64,000 bases of DNA from the NCBI RefSeq assembly GCF_963921235.1, contig NC_086097.1, forward strand, positions 19,346,001 through 19,410,000, in the 5' to 3' direction. Made by a program: the position numbers and the translations under genes. How positions within the stretch are numbered: the first letter of the stretch is position 1; the number at the start of each line of letters is the position of its first letter. The stretch comes from Mobula hypostoma. Lineage: Eukaryota. The notes under the pieces were generated by a model. The model saw only the letters and a program-made list of their open reading frames with translations. It was not told where the DNA came from and did not search any database. Of the stretch, positions 61,110-64,000 are shown in pieces.

Positions 61110-64000
61110 TATTTTGCATCAGTCTTCATTATGGAAGACACTACCGATAGAAGATCTAGGTGTCATGGGGCATGAAGTGTAGTTACCATAACTAGAGAGA
61201 CTGTTCTTGGGAAACTGAAAGAACTGAAGGTAGATAAGTCACTTGGACCAGATGGTGTACACCTAGAGTTCTGAAAGAGGTAGCTGAAGAGATTGTGGAA
61301 GAATTAGTAATGATCTTTCAAGAATCACTAGATTCTGGAATGATTCTGGAAGACTGGAAAATTGCAAATGTCACTCCACCCTTCAAGAAGGGAGAGAGGC
61401 AGAGGAAAGGAAACTACAGGCCAGTTAGTCTGACCTCAGTGGTTATAAAGATGTTGAAGGCAATTATTAAGGATCGGGTCTCAGGGAACATGAAGGCACA
61501 TGATAAAATAGGCCATAATCAGCATTGTGTCCTCAAGGGAAAATGTTACCTGATAAAATTTTTTGGAATTCTCTGAAGAAATAACAAGCAGTATAGACAA
61601 AGGAAAATCGGTTGATGTTGTGTACTTGGATTTTCAGAAGGCCTTTGACAAGGTGCCACACATGAGGCTGCTTAACAAGCTATGAGCCCATGGTATTACA
61701 GGAAGGGCTGTAACATGGATAAAGCAGCAGCTGATTGGCAGGAGGCAAAGAGTGGAAATGAAGGGAGTGTTTTCTGGCTGCCGGTGACTAGTGTTGTTCC
61801 ACAGGGGTCTGTGTTGGGACTGATTCTTCTTAAGTTATATGTCAATAATTTGGATGATGGAGTTGATGGTTTTGTTGCGATATGAAAATAGGTGGAGGGG
61901 CAGATCGTTTTGAGGCAGTAGAGAGGCTGTAGAACCTGACAGTTTAGGGAAATGGGCAAAGAAATGGCAGATGGAATACAGTGCTGTCGTGCACATTGGT
62001 AGAAGAAATGAAAGGGTTGACTATTTTCTAAATGGAGAGAAAATACTAAAAGCAAGGGTGCAAAGGGATTTGAGAGTCCTTGTGCAGGATTCCCTAAAGG
62101 TTAATTTGCAAGTTGAATCTGTGGTGAGGAAGACAAATACAATGTTAGCATTCATTTCAAGAGTACTAAAATATAAAAGCAAAGGTGTAATGTTGAGATT
62201 TTATAAAGCATTGGTGAGGCCTCACTTAGAGTACTGTGAGCAGTTTTGGGCCCCAGGATGTCTGAAACTGGAGAGGATTCAAAGGAGGTTCACGAAAATG
62301 AATCCAGAATTGAATGGCTTGTGAAATGAAAAGCATCCGATAGCTCTAGTCCTGGATTCACTGGAATTCAGAAGAATGAGGGTGCCCTCATTGAAACCTA
62401 TCAAATGGTGAAAGGCATTGATAGAGTGGGTGTGGAGAGGATGTTTCCTATGGCGGTAGAGTCTAAGATCAAAGGACACAGCCTCAGAATAGAGGGGTGT
62501 CCTTTTAGAAAGGAGATGAGGAGATATTTCTTTAGACAGAGAGTGGTGAATCTGTGGCATTCTTTGTCCCAAGCAGCTGTGGAGGCCAAGTCTTTTTGTA
62601 TAGTTAAGGCAGAGATTAATTGATTTTTGACCAGGCCATGAAGCAATATGGGGAGAAGGCAGGAATTGGGGTTGAGAAGAAAATTGGATCAGCCATGATG
62701 AAATGGCAGAGCAGAATCGATGGGCCAAATGGCCTAATTCTGCTCCTATATCTTGTGGTCTTATTATGGACAGTTCTGGTCTCATCACTGAAGAAAGGCT
62801 AAACTTGCAATTGAGGGAGTGCTTTATTCCACCATTATAAGACTTCTGAATGGATCTCTTGTGCGATAAGATGGGTTCACGACCTCACGATATTTTTGTT
62901 ATGGACTTACACCTTATTGTCTACCTGCACTGCAGTTGTTCAATAAGTGTGACATTATATTCTGAATTCTGTTATTGTTTTTTCCTTGTACAATGACATC
63001 TTCCTCCTTCCTTTCCAGTCCTGATAAAGGGTCTTGACCTGAAACATCGACTGCATATTCATTTCCATGGATGACGTCAGACCTGCTGAGTTCCTCCAAC
63101 ATTTTGGGTGTGCTTTTGCTCTGGATATCCAGCATCTGCAGAATCTCTTGTGTTTATGGTTTACGTTTCATCAACAGATGCTCAAGTTCAGACACCTTTC
63201 TGATTTGCCACTAATGTGGATGGCCTACATTATTACTCTATCAGCAGTGTATTTTCCCACTTACTCTGTCTGTCCAAATCACACTGGAGACTCTCTACAT
63301 CCTCCACATGGTCCCAATTCCATACAGCTTTATGCAAATAACACACTTGATTCCCTCTCCTAGACATTAATGTATATTGTGAAATACTGAACCTTGTCTC
63401 CACTACCCAATAAACACATTTACCGCACAGAAAAGGACCAATTTATTCTTCCTGTCTTTTATGTCTGCCGACTTTAATTCTATGTACTTCAGTTTTATAT
63501 ACCAAGCTCTTTCTGTGGAAGTTTGTTGAAAGTCTTCAGAAAATGCCACCCACTCGGCAAGTTATATGCTGAAAAACTTGTAGTAAGTTTGATATTGAAT
63601 AATTATAGTAAGTTTGTATAAAGATAGAGTGGACATGGAGAGGAGGTTTCCGATAGTGGGAGATTCTAGGACCAGAGGGCACAACCTCAGAATACAGGGG
63701 CTTCCATTTAGAACTGAGATGAGGAGGAATTTCTTTAGCCAGAAGGTGGTGAATCTGTGGAATTCATTGCCAAGACAGCTGTGAAGTATATTTAAAGTGA
63801 AGTTTGATAGGCAGTATGTTAGCGTAGTGGTTAGCACAATGTTTCACTGACCTGGGTTCAATTTCTATCACTGCCTGTAAAGAGCTTGTACATGTAGCCC
63901 CCCCTGCTCAGCCTCAGGGTCGCCCAGCTCGCTGTAGTCTAGGGAAACAGCCCTCGGCCCCGCCAGACTGGGGAATCAGTTGGTGTGGATGCAGTGTGAT

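Larger units (their letters stand above)
58470..62770 (+). mobile_element. Near-full-length decayed CR1 LINE (5' UTR, ORF1, ORF2 start, RT), interrupted by PLE and mariner insertions
   Basis: ORF1 from 59461 MSGRIVQSSSCVIWEC...CEMC (zinc finger/leucine zipper), then SGNH esterase-like VVIGDSLVR (~59890) and LYRRDGLHL. Endonuclease start LKVLYLSACGIWNK (~60530). RT pieces 61295..62623; tail TCTTGTGGTCTTATT. Confidence 0.9.

Noticed and set aside
63893..64000. Start of an LTR-like element (TGTAGCCCCCC...)
   Set aside because: Cut by the window edge, so neither the other terminus nor a TSD can be verified.

Overview
Eukaryotic, repeat-saturated vertebrate DNA with no prokaryotic features and no intact long host ORF. 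The repeat repertoire suggests a cartilaginous fish, probably a ray (inference only). Most of the window is decayed mobile DNA: many CR1-clade and Rex1/Babar-like LINE fragments, RTE and L1 fragments, Penelope-like elements (PLEs), a Charlie/Buster-type hAT fossil with TIRs and 8-bp TSD, Tc1/mariner relics, hAT MITEs, tRNA-derived SINEs and two nested solo-LTR-like elements. Most ORFs in the track are fragments or antisense shadows of these repeats. The main finding is a family of minimal type-I hammerhead ribozyme motifs (stem I-CUGANGA-stem II-GAAAC-GUH-stem I') in the PLE 3' repeat, present in at least 8 copies. Three of them lie in a 453-bp inverted-plus-tandem array of 140-bp units (2861-3313) bounded by a 19-bp target-site duplication, which resembles a retrozyme. 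Other notable items are a 5x65-bp array carrying CCAAT/GC-box/ETS motifs, several deep nests of transposons, and a few unique islands holding candidate small minus-strand exons of an unidentified gene (low confidence). Element boundaries not defined by TSDs or TIRs are approximate.
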